In this document: piece by piece, positions 40,801-54,974 of the stretch
Layout: each line of letters opens with the position of its first letter
Position numbering within the stretch: position 1 is the first letter of the stretch
From: Octopus sinensis
Taxonomy: Eukaryota
Length of the DNA stretch: 64,000 bases
Assembly: GCF_006345805.1 (NCBI RefSeq)
Contig: NC_043001.1
Location: 131,564,001-131,628,000 of the forward strand
Direction: 5' to 3'
Notes under the pieces: model-generated
What the model was told of the DNA's origin: nothing
What the model saw: only the letters and a program-made list of their open reading frames with translations
Database searches by the model: none
Made by a program: the position numbers and the translations under genes

Positions 40801-41748
40801 AATGATTGTAAGTCATATTAGTTATTATTGACATTTAAGAGTTGTTCAATTGCAATCAATCCTAATGAATCCATTAGTTGATTCCTGTGGTTTGTTCTTC
40901 TACATATCATCTTGACCAAAAGAGAAGAAACTTGGTTTTGTATGGTGTGTCTTTGAAGTTCAACCTCATTGACAATTTCATTAAATGTTGCTAACTTATT
41001 AGGTCTTTATTTTTGTCACTGACTGTTTTTATGAAAAAATAACAAACAAATTTGCAAAATATTTATTTCTTACTGTTGTATTTTTAGTTCCTCCTCTGCT
41101 TGTTAGTCTCAAAAACGGAATATGAATAACAAATACAAATTTGTATTTGCCTAAAATGAATTTTACTTCCATAGGAAACTGTTTACCAATGTTAAACTGA
41201 TGACTTTAATGTAATCATAAAAGTAAATGGTAAACATGATGCAATTCATAAACATTTTCTATAAAGCCATAAGGAACATTTTTTGAAAAAAATGAATTAT
41301 TTTGTAGTTTATTACCACATTTTAATTCACTCTGTGTGTGTTTTAATGTCACATTAAGCTGAGTATAACTGAGCTTAGTGCCAAAATCAAAAGACACTAT
41401 ACATACACACTTCCCAAAAGGTTTGTCTCATTTTCACAGTTAATTTTGAAAATGTATTCTTGTTTGTCATCTTGAAGTGCATGTAACATTCCATTAGAAG
41501 TATACTTTATCTCAAATATAGAACAATTTCCAGTTACTGAATAAAGAGACCATTTAAGAAAGAAATCAGATTGACATGGCTATTTAAAAGAGTAAGGTTT
41601 ATTATTTAGTTACCTTCATCACAACTAGTATCTGGATGTTAAAGACAAATTTTAAAAATTAATGACTATACTTGATTATTTGTTGATGCAAACTTTTTTA
41701 TATATATATTTATATCTATATCTCTCTCCCCTCTTTCTCTCTCTATAC

Positions 41749-41779
<31 letters not shown>

Positions 41780-44428
41780 AAAAATGAAAAGTGCTAAAGA
41801 CATCATCCTGCCAACCGTCAATACCTTCAGACTGTCTCTTGTGCGACAATAAGAAATACATCATAGGCGACGACAGGGGGCGGCCAATATGAAGGTTGAT
41901 CCATCCACAGGTTACATTAATGCTATTTGCAAAATAAAATTTCAAAAAATAAATAAAAATAAAATAAAAATAAAAATTATCAAAAAAAAAAGATTAAAAA
42001 TTTGGAAACCATATGGAAAACGTGACCATGGGAATTAATATTTTTGTATTGAAATGATTGCTTATGCTTTATTACTAGTTATACCTGTCAGACCAATGTT
42101 TGTTAGACCTGATATTATAATAATAATAGCAAGTGCTTCCATGAGAAATACATCAAAAAGGAGATAAATTTTACCAATTGGTGCTATGAATTATTCCAAG
42201 ACATTTCCTATATTGCTGACAGCAGTATTTGAAATACTGATAATCGCTAACAATCCCAGATATTCCTTCCTTATCCTCTACCGGCCGCTGTCCATCAAAG
42301 GAGAAACTGGTGCTATTCTCTTATGATACAGCTGAGGATTTTTACTTTCCTTTTTACATTAACATTAATATCAACTCTTACACACACACACATACACATG
42401 TACATATATATATGAACACCTACCTACACCCCAAACAGAGAGACACATGGATACACACGCACATGCAACAATTTTCATTATGAAACATAGCTGCATCAGG
42501 TTTATAAGTGCTTGAGCTGTCCTGATCATATACAAATATAAATTGTGACACATTGTTAAATGTTACTCTATACTTGCAAATTCAACTTAAACAAACACAG
42601 AGTAAAATACTTAGTATCTCCATGTATCTACTTTTCTTATCATAATTGTCTTCACTGTTGGCCCTACTTATTTGCTCTTGATATTATTTTCCATTTGATA
42701 TTTTTCCTATTTCCTTTCATTGATTACCATTATAATTTAATATAGAATGCTTGCATGAAAATGTAAAGCAGACAATAAATACATAATTTACATACACACA
42801 CACAATATATACATATATATCACTCGGCAGTTGCCCGTTGCCCTTATAATTTTATAATTATATTTCTAAAATTAAATACTGTGTATATATATATATATAT
42901 ATATACATACATATATATATATATTATATATATATATATATATATTACTGACAATAGCAAGCTCTGTCATATCCTTCTAAATAATCCCTTATTTAAAGAT
43001 AAAAATGAAGTAACACTAAACACCCATTACAAATCTTATCTTGAATGTGTTTTTCATTTAATCACATTAAGATACCTGTAATAAGTGATACTAAACAATT
43101 ATTTGTGATTCTGATTCATTATTTACTATGGATATCAAATAGATCTCATGATCTCGAGTAGTGGCCAGTTATATGGATTCTTTTTCTTAAATGGTTGCAA
43201 CTGTCAATCATTTAACAGAATCTGTTGAATTTTGTCTGTCTCTGTTTTTGAGAGATGATAATATTCTTATTACTGATATCAAGTGCTTTGCTGTGGTGGT
43301 TTTGTTATAAACAGACAATTTATTATAAGAAAAGTTTAGCTTCTCTACATGATCAAAGACACAGTTCTCACTAAACATACAACTTCCTTTGTGTTGAGGC
43401 TGTGCTTACATTATTTAAATTCTGTTGAGCCGGCTAACTTAACATACATCAAACAATATATCATTGACAAAAATTAAAAGTATAACAGCATTTTGTCCAT
43501 ACAGTAGTTCTTTCTTTATTACAAATTCTCTAATGTGTGTGTGCGTATGTGTTAATACATACATACATATCTATATTTGCTTTATATAAATCAACTTTAA
43601 AGTATATATGTATAAATACACATACAATTTCATATATATGTGTTTGTGTGTGCATGTATACATATATATCTATGTTTACATATATATATATATATGTTTG
43701 CATACATATATATATATATATACATATGTGTGTATGTATACATACATATATGTATGTAAACATACATATATGTATGTTTACATACATATGAATGTACATA
43801 TATATATATGTATGTATGTGTGTATGTATAGCACACATTAACTGGGTTGTTTTCGTGAATCTTGGAAATGAAGCATTAATCTATTATCCTTTTCCAAAAT
43901 GAAGGAAAAAATTTGTAAAAGGATTAAAAAAAAAAACATTTGAGATCTCCGTCCGTAGCTGAATATGTATGTGTGTGTATATCAGCATTGATAACATTAA
44001 CCAAAAAATATAAACACTGAATTTGTAAACAGACACTTCCCCCCTTGCGTATTTAAGTAAATGAGTACAACGCTTCAAAATGGGTGGACAACCAATTAAT
44101 ATTATACAGAAAATGAAATATGTATATTCAGTCTGTGTCTTGAAAATGTTTTTACTTTTTTTTGTCTTTATTCTGTTCTTATGAAATAATTTACAGATGA
44201 AATCTTAAAAGATATCAAAGTTTATTGAGAATTAAAAAAAAAAAAACATGAATGAAAATCATGTTTAACATATTTCAATAATGTAACAAATCCAAACTAT
44301 ATCAAACTAAAACGATCATTATTTAGTTAACCCAAAGAAAAGAAGAAAAATGTCTTTGCATTTAACCGTTATGAGAAAATGGGGAAAATCTTAGATGATT
44401 AATGATCAAAATATTAGTTTATCATATA

Positions 44429-44459
<31 letters not shown>

Positions 44460-44477
<18 letters not shown>

Positions 44478-47400
44478 GCAAACACACATGCACACACATA
44501 CAAACATATATTAATGCATACACATTTGTATATATAAATATGATTAAGTGCTCGTTTCAAAAAAGGTGATTCTGTGAACTTTTTCTCTGTTGTAAATTTC
44601 ACAATATATTACTCCACATTTCTTCATTCACCTCCTCCTCCTCCCCCACTACATAATATATAAACCGTTTTAAAGAATAACTTTCATATTTAACTTTGTT
44701 CTTTTTAATTTAATTTTTATTTTATTCATTAACATATCATCATTACCATTATTATTATTATTATTTCTTTTTTTAGTTTTTATTTATTTCTCTTTTTCTT
44801 ATAATTATTTTGGCACATTGTGAATTTTGCTGTTAAATTTAATTCCAAATGGGATTTGGTTCTAAATAAAAAATTATAAAATGGGCACTTTATTATTTTA
44901 CAATTCTCTATGTTTGTAAGTGTGCTTTTATAACTTCTATTTACATATGAGTACTTGTGTGTGATTGGCTATATGTATGTTAGTTTCATATGTTTGAGTG
45001 TATGTAAGTATAAGCCTGTGTTTTGTGTTGGCATATTTATATTAATATATACCAGTTTATTTCAATGTGTTTAGGGATACATATCTGAGTAAGCACAATT
45101 ATGTATATATTATTGCTACTATCACTGTTATCATGCTGGAGTGAGAAATCTGGGAAGTCTTTTCATGTTAACTACTGTCTATGGTAACTATTTTCAATAG
45201 AAAATTTCCTAACTAATCTATCTCTTTATTTGTTATGAAACATTAAATTAGTTCACAAACATAAATGTCTAAAGTTCCTTTACTGTATCACAATTTAATA
45301 TTATTATCACTGCTACAAATGTAATGATAATAAAAACGATAATAATCATTATCATTATTTTTTGAGAGATAGAGACACAATGGTTGGATAGATAGAGTAC
45401 TGAAATACCTGAGCTTTTGCCATTCATATTCTACAGCATGTATTGTGTTGTGTTCTTGGGCAAGACACTTAACTCTACTTGCCTAACTTTTTATCAATAT
45501 AAAGAAATAATACGAATGCCGATTATAGTTATTATTGTGGTAATTTATTATTACTGTTGTTATTATTCACAACATCTTAAGCTTATTTTAAAGAATGATT
45601 GAAAAAAAATTAAATAAAACAACAAACTAATTTTCTTTCTGGTGCTCATTCTTTAGCAGCTCTGTGGTGTTCTATTTGTTGGTAATTCTATTACTAGTTC
45701 ATGCAGTGACTCCACTGCACTGTGGCTGTAGTTAACATGGGTTGTGGATACTTACTGACCCACTGAAGAACTCAACAACTTAATTGCTAACTTTAGGAAT
45801 TTAGAAGCATTGCATTTATAACATTTTTGCCTTGAAAATTCCTGAATATAGCACTGATTTCTCCCTCCCTCTCTCTCTGTCCATCACCATGATAATATTG
45901 GAATTTCCAAAAATGGTTAATGTAAGCATAGATATTTTGCATATAAGTACATAAATGAGTAAAAAGGAAATTGTACTAATAAAGTATCCCTTTTCTTCAT
46001 CTATAGTCTGTCCAGACTATAAATAATAATTATTAGTATCATTAGATTAATTGGCATTAAAATGCTATCATTATTAGTTCTCTTTATCATGGATACTTTT
46101 CTTCATCAATGCTCTTGTGTGCTTCAGTGGTATATGGCTTGTATGGTTTTAGACACCATATAGTTTTGAGAATTCATAATTCCTTAAGTGTGTGTGTGTA
46201 TACAAATGGATATGTATAAATATATATATATATATCTGCAAACACACATGCACACACATACAAACATATATTAATGCATACACATTTGTATATATAAATA
46301 TGATTAAGTGCTCGTTTCAAAAAAGGTGATTCTGTGAACTTTTTCTCTGTTGTAAATTTCACAATATATTACTCCACATTTCTTCATTCACCTCCTCCTC
46401 CTCCCCCACTACATAATATATAAACCGTTTTAAAGAATAACTTTCATATTTAACTTTGTTCTTTTTAATTTAATTTTTATTTTATTCATTAACATATCAT
46501 CATTACCATTATTATTATTATTATTTCTTTTTTTAGTTTTTATTTATTTCTCTTTTTCTTATAATTATTTTGGCACATTGTGAATTTTGCTGTTAAATTT
46601 AATTCCAAATGGGATTTGGTTCTAAATAAAAAATTATAAAATGGGCACTTTATTATTTTACAATTCTCTATGTTTGTAAGTGTGCTTTTATAACTTCTAT
46701 TTACATATGAGTACTTGTGTGTGATTGGCTATATGTATGTTAGTTTCATATGTTTGAGTGTATGTAAGTATAAGCCTGTGTTTTGTGTTGGCATATTTAT
46801 ATTAATATATACCAGTTTATTTCAATGTGTTTAGGGATACATATCTGAGTAAGCACAATTATGTATATATTATTGCTACTATCACTGTTATCATGCTGGA
46901 GTGAGAAATCTGGGAAGTCTTTTCATGTTAACTACTGTCTATGGTAACTATTTTCAATAGAAAATTTCCTAACTAATCTATCTCTTTATTTGTTATGAAA
47001 CATTAAATTAGTTCACAAACATAAATGTCTAAAGTTCCTTTACTGTATCACAATTTAATATTATTATCACTGCTACAAATGTAATGATAATAAAAACGAT
47101 AATAATCATTATCATTATTTTTTGAGAGATAGAGACACAATGGTTGGATAGATAGAGTACTGAAATACCTGAGCTTTTGCCATTCATATTCTACAGCATG
47201 TATTGTGTTGTGTTCTTGGGCAAGACACTTAACTCTACTTGCCTAACTTTTTATCAATATAAAGAAATAATACGAATGCCGATTATAGTTATTATTGTGG
47301 TAATTTATTATTACTGTTGTTATTATTCACAACATCTTAAGCTTATTTTAAAGAATGATTGAAAAAAAATTAAATAAAACAACAAACTAATTTTCTTTCT

Positions 47401-47991
47401 GGTGCTCATTCTTTAGCAGCTCTGTGGTGTTCTATTTGTTGGTAATTCTATTACTAGTTCATGCAGTGACTCCACTGCACTGTGGCTGTAGTTAACATGG
47501 GTTGTGGATACTTACTGACCCACTGAAGAACTCAACAACTTAATTGCTAACTTTAGGAATTTAGAAGCATTGCATTTATAACATTTTTGCCTTGAAAATT
47601 CCTGAATATAGCACTGATTTCTCCCTCCCTCTCTCTCTGTCCATCACCATGATAATATTGGAATTTCCAAAAATGGTTAATGTAAGCATAGATATTTTGC
47701 ATATAAGTACATAAATGAGTAAAAAGGAAATTGTACTAATAAAGTATCCCTTTTCTTCATCTATAGTCTGTCCAGACTATAAATAATAATTATTAGTATC
47801 ATTAGATTAATTGGCATTAAAATGCTATCATTATTAGTTCTCTTTATCATGGATACTTTTCTTCATCAATGCTCTTGTGTGCTTCAGTGGTATATGGCTT
47901 GTATGGTTTTAGACACCATATAGTTTTGAGAATTCATAATTCCTTAAGTGTGTGTGTGTATACAAATGGATATGTATAAATATATATATAT
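44460..47991. repeat. Tandem duplication with 1760-bp period, no differences seen by eye
   Basis: Position i matches i+1760 from 44460 to 46231; identical ORFs at 45417 and 47177; the junction lies in (TA)n. Confidence 0.95.
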
Positions 47992-48359
47992 GTATGTATA
48001 GATATATATTTACCTATATATATATATGTGTGTGTGTATGCGTATAAAGACGTATATACATATACATACATATAAGAGACTGTATGTGCATATGGTGTTT
48101 AAAACAGTTGTATATCTGGTTGTGTTTGAGTGAGTGATTCAAGTGTTGAAAGTGAAGCAACAAAGCCAGGAAAAAAAATATATATTAAGTTATCAATCCT
48201 AGGGACAATTTATTAAAAGATAGCTATTTTTCTTCCTCTTTCTCTTCCCATTCATTATATTTCTTTTATTTGGAATAGAATATTAGGAGTATGATATTTT
48301 CCTAAATTGTGTTCCTAAAATATTTCATTAGAATTTTCTACTAAACAACCAATTCCAGT

Positions 48360-48706
48360 TTAATTTCTGGTCTTTCCCTGTCCATTTTGCATGTACATAT
48401 AAATATGCTTATGTACTGGTGATAGATTGTGAGTATATGTATAGATATATATGTATAGTTCTATGTATACGTATATGTATGTGTGTATGTGAATACATGT
48501 ATGAATATATATACACATACGTTTAAATATATATTTACCTATATATGTATATGTATACATATATGTATGAATATATATATATATATTTGTATGTATATAT
48601 ATGTATAAATATTTGTATGTGTACATAAGTTATATATATATATATAAATGTATATATAAATATATATATTTCTATGTGTATGTATATATATATATATACA
48701 TATAAA

Positions 48707-48749
<43 letters not shown>

Positions 48750-49324
48750 TATATACACATATATATATATACATATATGTATGTATATTTCTTTCTACAT
48801 CTATATCTTTGTGTGTATGTGTTTTTATATGTATGTCTGTGTTTACCAATCCATGTAAAAGTGCTTATAAAATATGTGTCTCTATACATATGTGTATGTG
48901 TAATTAGACATATGTTGTTTTAAATATCTTGTTCGTTCTGAGTTGACCCATTATTTCTTTTTTTACTTCAATGAAGTATCAAAGAAATTTCTTTTATTTC
49001 TGTAATTATTGTTTTTTTTAAAACTTCTCATACAATATATATATATATCATATATATATATACATACACATATATATATACACATTATATATATATATAT
49101 ATATAATATATATGTATGTATGTATTTATATATATATTTGTAGATACACACACATATATATATGTATATACACATCATATATATATATATATGTATATAC
49201 ACACACATATATATATGTATATACATATCATATACACATATATATATATGTACATATCATATATGTGTATAGTATGTGTATATATATTCATATGCATACA
49301 TACATACATACTTACACACATACA

Positions 49325-49360
<36 letters not shown>

Positions 49361-49365
49361 TATAT
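48360..49365. repeat. Long degenerate TA/TG/CA microsatellite arrays
   Basis: Read directly. Confidence 0.85.
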
Positions 49366-49997
49366 AGTTTTCCAAGTTTTAGTTTAACTCATTAGAGTAT
49401 CTATTCTTATCTTTTCAGTGTTATATTTCAAAATCTTTCTAAAGTATTAGTCCAATATTTTGTAATTTTTTAAAATTCGTTCATTGTAATTTGTTATTTT
49501 TTTCATTTATGTCAACATTTCCTTACATAAGCCTTTTAAAAAAATTACATTTATTCATTCAGTTGTTTTTATTTGTTGTTGTTCATTTTTTTACTTTATT
49601 TATTTTGGCACTTTTTAAAGATATAAAAGAGGTCACTGTTTTTTAGAACTCAGTGCTTCAGCATGACCTGAACCAAAATGGATTCAAATTAAACTAAAGA
49701 ATTAAAGAATGATGCCCAATGTTTTTGTTATATTTTAAAAAGGAATTGTTTCTTTAGTTCTCATATGAATATAGAAAAGTAAAAAAAAACATTGTACATT
49801 TAAAATTTAAAATTATATTTCAACCCAAATTATCCCTTTTTTTTTAGTTTTTTTTACACCTTTTCTGTCTTTCTGTTAAAATTTAGCGAAACCAAACCAA
49901 AAATCAGTAAGTTTCCATTAATGTATTTAGTTATTATTTACTATCCTTCAGTAATATATATACATACACAAACACACATACTCATATGCACACACAA

Positions 49998-50066
<69 letters not shown>

Positions 50067-50738
50067 ATATATATCATTCTTCACCTACAAGAGAAGTTTT
50101 CTATTTATTTAAATGCATTTTATGTCTTTTAATTTTCATTTTCTTATATGTTTGTCCAAGTAACTATTTATAAATTATAGTCATAAACAAGTTATGTATT
50201 CCTTCATATCAAACTGGCACTCATTTGATTCTCAGTTCTACCTGTCATTGTTGTTTAGTAATTATTTTGTTTTGTTTTTATTGATTTGTAATTTTTTCTC
50301 ATTTTCAATTTTCATTTTTGCAAAGCATTCCAATTTTTTTTTTTTTTTTTTACTCATTTTGTATTATTCTTTTAAAAGCTTTCTGTTACTTTATGCCTTA
50401 TGCTAATCTCCAAAATTATATTTAGTCTGTACTGAACTGTTTAGTAACTACAGTTGTATGCAATTTCCAATTCAGCAGATACTTTACAATTGTTATGGGG
50501 TGGGATGAAACTTTTTTTTTTTTTTTTTTTTTTTTAATAAATCACTATTTAATTTACATGCAATTAGTTCCCCCTGAAAAATATGGCTTCAGTAAAACTA
50601 TAATAAAAAAAAAAAATATAGAAAATGAAAGACTGAGAACAATTTTTCCGGCAAACAGGTCAAACTTTATTAGTCTTAGTTATAAAACTATGTTCTTACA
50701 GCTTATGCCTGCTCTATTACTTCCGGCAAAAAAAACTC

Positions 50739-50794
<56 letters not shown>

Positions 50795-51952
50795 TTTCAC
50801 TGTCACATCACCAAAAACTGAATCTTTGAATTCACATGTGATACATTCCAGGCAATAACATATATTAAATACTTGTAGGTTTGTCATTTAACTGTATCAA
50901 GACCTTATAGAATACAACATAATCATTTTTCTCAAATCACGGTTTTGTTGTTGTTTTTTTTTTCTTAATTTTTTTTCCTCTCTTTTTGTTAGAATGTGAA
51001 AGAAGCATGTAAGAAGTATCATTCAACTCAATTGATCCCTGACATTTAAAATGTAAGACATAAAAAGAAAACTTTTGCTATGTTTAGGAAGCTTTGGTTT
51101 ATATAACTAAGCATTTTCTACTTATATGGTTCAGGAAGTTATTGGTCTGAATATCAAATCTAATATGAACTTGAAAAAGACTGCCATTGTTTTCTTCTTT
51201 AAATGAAACAGTGAAAGCTGTAAAAATTTATAATGGTTATGAGGATACTGATGATAATGATTTTCTTTCAATACTTAAAATCTGTTTTTATTCTTCAAAA
51301 TGTTGTTTAAGACTAATATTTTGATTACACATTGAGTAAAACCGGTTTACTAGGGTCTCATCTAGGTTATTTGTCCTAAATTAGCTAAGTATTATTTCCT
51401 GTCTGATCCAAATTGGAATTTCAATCATTCTTCTTGTGTCAGTACACCAGCTTGGCTTCAGCTACGATAGCTGAAATAAACTAATGAACTATTGAAAAAT
51501 GCTATACTTATTATCATTAAACAACTGTCATCTGATTGCACATATTTAATAAACATTCATGTTTATAGTAACAGATTTGTTTATATCGTAAAATGTGTTT
51601 TATTGACATTTTGATAATAATAATAATAATAATGATAATAATATGCTTAAGAATGATGTAAATGTTACAGTCTTATTCCATTACTCTACAAAAGGACTTT
51701 TCTTCAGATACTATACATCATCATTTTGGTTTTCTCCTACCTGTATTGATTAGCCATATTCTTAATAGCTATGGCAGTGCCAAATATTGATATACAAACT
51801 AAGTTGGTTATTACATTTTCTATACTCCCAACCGATATTGTATTTTATTAAAGCATCCTGTCTTAAACTTTAAGTGTATTCATTGAGTAATTTGTCAGAC
51901 AAACAATTATGATCAAATGTTCATACTTACACACACGTATATACCCCCTATA

Positions 51953-51996
<44 letters not shown>

Positions 51997-52894
51997 TATA
52001 TACACACATGTATTCTGATATTTTATGCCTGTGTACACAAAATATTTCATGTACTCATCTGTTTCTTTTGCTCCTAAAAATTGCCCAAAAATTATTTCTC
52101 GGAACTACTATAAATCCCACTTATATTTTTTATTTATTTCAATTAAATTTGTATATTACTATTCCTCCAATCAAAAAATGAATAGACAGAAAACACTAAC
52201 ATTATCATGAAGAGATTAAAGAAATCTCTCTGCTCATCACCAACCAATACGAAAGACAGAAGCAAACTTGCAACAAGATAAACAAAATCAATTCCTGCAT
52301 TTAAATTTTCTAACACCCACAACAATATGTTCAAAAAAATTATTCACCTGTTTCAACCAAACATCCAGTATTTATGTATTCAAATGCATATTTTCACTTG
52401 TGTGTTGGGGATCCAGTACAAGTTTGATACTTTAATGACTGAGCTAATAAAGATTAAAAAGAAAAAAAAGAGGGACCCACCCATCCCCCCAACAAACAAA
52501 AAGAGAAAAATGAAAGCTTATAATCAAAAGGAAACTCTTCCTCCTGGGACCAGTATCTCGAACCCTCTAGTATTTGCCTCACACATCTAGAACATGTGTC
52601 TATGTAACTGTGAAGTGCTCTAACGTCAGTACTATCTTTGCAATCTGGAGTTTGGCTGATATCTCTAGCATAGTCATGTAGAATAAAAAAAAATATATAT
52701 ATAAGAAGCAAAATTCCCCAAAACTTAATTTTAGTATATATCATTTATTTCTTAAAACAGATACTAAATTGCATTTTTTAAAAATATATCATCATTATCA
52801 TTCTCATCATCTTCATCCTCATCATTATTCTCATCATACCCCCACCCCCATCTGTTGCTTTGTGGTAAATAAAACAATTACTTATTATTATTAC

Positions 52895-52940
<46 letters not shown>

Positions 52941-54063
52941 GTTATTATTATTACTAAGAAGAAGAACAAACATTAAGTGGCGGGCACCATAGAGCAAGAT
53001 ATAACTTTTCTTCACTTATATTAGCAAATAAAAATGGACTTGAAAAACATGTGAATGTTTCAAAATCTCATTCATTCTCCAACCATTTATATATTTCTGG
53101 CCTTGGGGCCAAAACTAAGACAATAAATAGTATTATCATTATTTCAAATTTACTTTCAATCTGTTGATTTTGGTATTTGCAAATTTTTCTCTTTTTTTTT
53201 TTTAATGTTTTAGTTCTCTCTTAATTTTTGTTTATTTTTTTATTTCTAACCAATTCTTGTCTCCACTAAACATTGCTGTGTGTATGTAAGCGTGTTTGTG
53301 CATGTATTAACTACATGTACTTTTTATGTTATTTTTTTTGTCTTTATCTTTCCTTTTTTTTTGTCAAACTGTTGGTTCTATTGCCACTTGTTAGTAACCA
53401 TTGTTACCTTTATTTTACCTGTTAGTGTATTGATTTATTGTGTTTTGGTTTTCTACCTCATTTCACTGTCTTTCTCCCTATCTAACTATCCCCTTCCCCT
53501 CTCTTTATATCCCTCATTGTCTCTCTATATATGTATGCTTGGTTTTCTCCCAATTTTTATTTATTTATTCTTCTGTTCACTTCACTGGAACTATTTGGTT
53601 TGTGTATATTTACCTTCGGTTTAATTTAACTATTTATATTTATATTTATATACATACACACTCACACACACATATCCACACACACAAACATATATAAAAT
53701 TGTTTTGTTTTATATTTTTCAATTTTTCACATCAATCTCATTGTTTTTATTTATTTTTTACTTAATTTCCTTCCTGCCAAGCTGTGGCAGTGTGCAAGAA
53801 GCGATGTACATATCGTTTTTACGACCTTGCAGCTTTTCCCATTGGTCTCGTGGTCGGTAGGTCAGCTTCGTGTGGGTATGTTAGTCCAGTTTATCTACTG
53901 ATAAACAGGATGTATTGTCACATCTGATATGTGTATTAGCTAGAAAATAAAAAAAAAATTATACAATCCAAATCAAATTTTTTGTGTTTATTTACTTGAT
54001 TCTTCTCTTCACATTTCCTTATAGAAGTTTCCTATTATATTTATTTAGTAAAAGAATACATGC

Positions 54064-54107
<44 letters not shown>

Positions 54108-54113
<6 letters not shown>

Positions 54114-54392
54114 TTATAAGTATATGAAAGAATGGAGTTGAACGACTAGTTAACAAATATCCTTTATTCTCGACATATGCCGAGAATAAAGGATATTTGT
54201 TAACTAGTCGTCAACTCCATTCTTTCATATACTTATAATTTTAAAATAAACATGCAAATTTCCGCACGAAGACACGTAGTCTATGCCCTAGGGACGTAGC
54301 TTCAACCGTGTTCTTTCTGATGTGAATTTGCTACCCAGGTATCGGTTATCTTTCGAATTATCCTTAATAAGATAATTCATTCAATTACTCAA
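54108..54392. repeat. Element with near-perfect 65/64-bp inverted repeat (54108-54172 and 54181-54244) plus a CpG-rich right extension, between (TA)n tracts
   Basis: One 1-nt indel between arms; the loop ACATATGC itself contains the palindrome CATATG. Confidence 0.9.
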
Positions 54393-54760
54393 ATATATAT
54401 ATATATATATATGAAGTACAAACAGAATGTAGATTTGTTCAAATTATGCTGTGCACGTTTTGATAGCATGAGTGATCATTTGTTCACAATGTTTTTACAT
54501 AATTGTAGATTATATTACATGAATTACTTTATTTGAATTATACAACCACACTTTTCACGGGGCATTTTAAATAGTCACTAGTTTAAAGTGCTACTGAGTT
54601 AATCACTACAATCACTGAGATTCCCACTAATTGATACATACGTACACACACACACACATAATATGCAGTATTGCATAAAGTATTAACATTCTCTCTGGTC
54701 ATATATATATATATACATACATGTATATATATATTATATATATATATATATACATACATG

Positions 54761-54804
<44 letters not shown>

Positions 54805-54844
54805 CATATATGTATATATATATATTATATATATATATTATATG

Positions 54845-54908
<64 letters not shown>

Positions 54909-54974
54909 CATGTATGTATATATATGTGTATATATATAATATATATATTATATATTATATATATATATATAATA

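Noticed and set aside
54340-54390. Hammerhead in the tail of the 54.1-kb hairpin (TTGAATGA-stem-CGAAA, minus strand)
   Set aside because: The core spacing is wrong, and no stem III or cleavage triplet follows.
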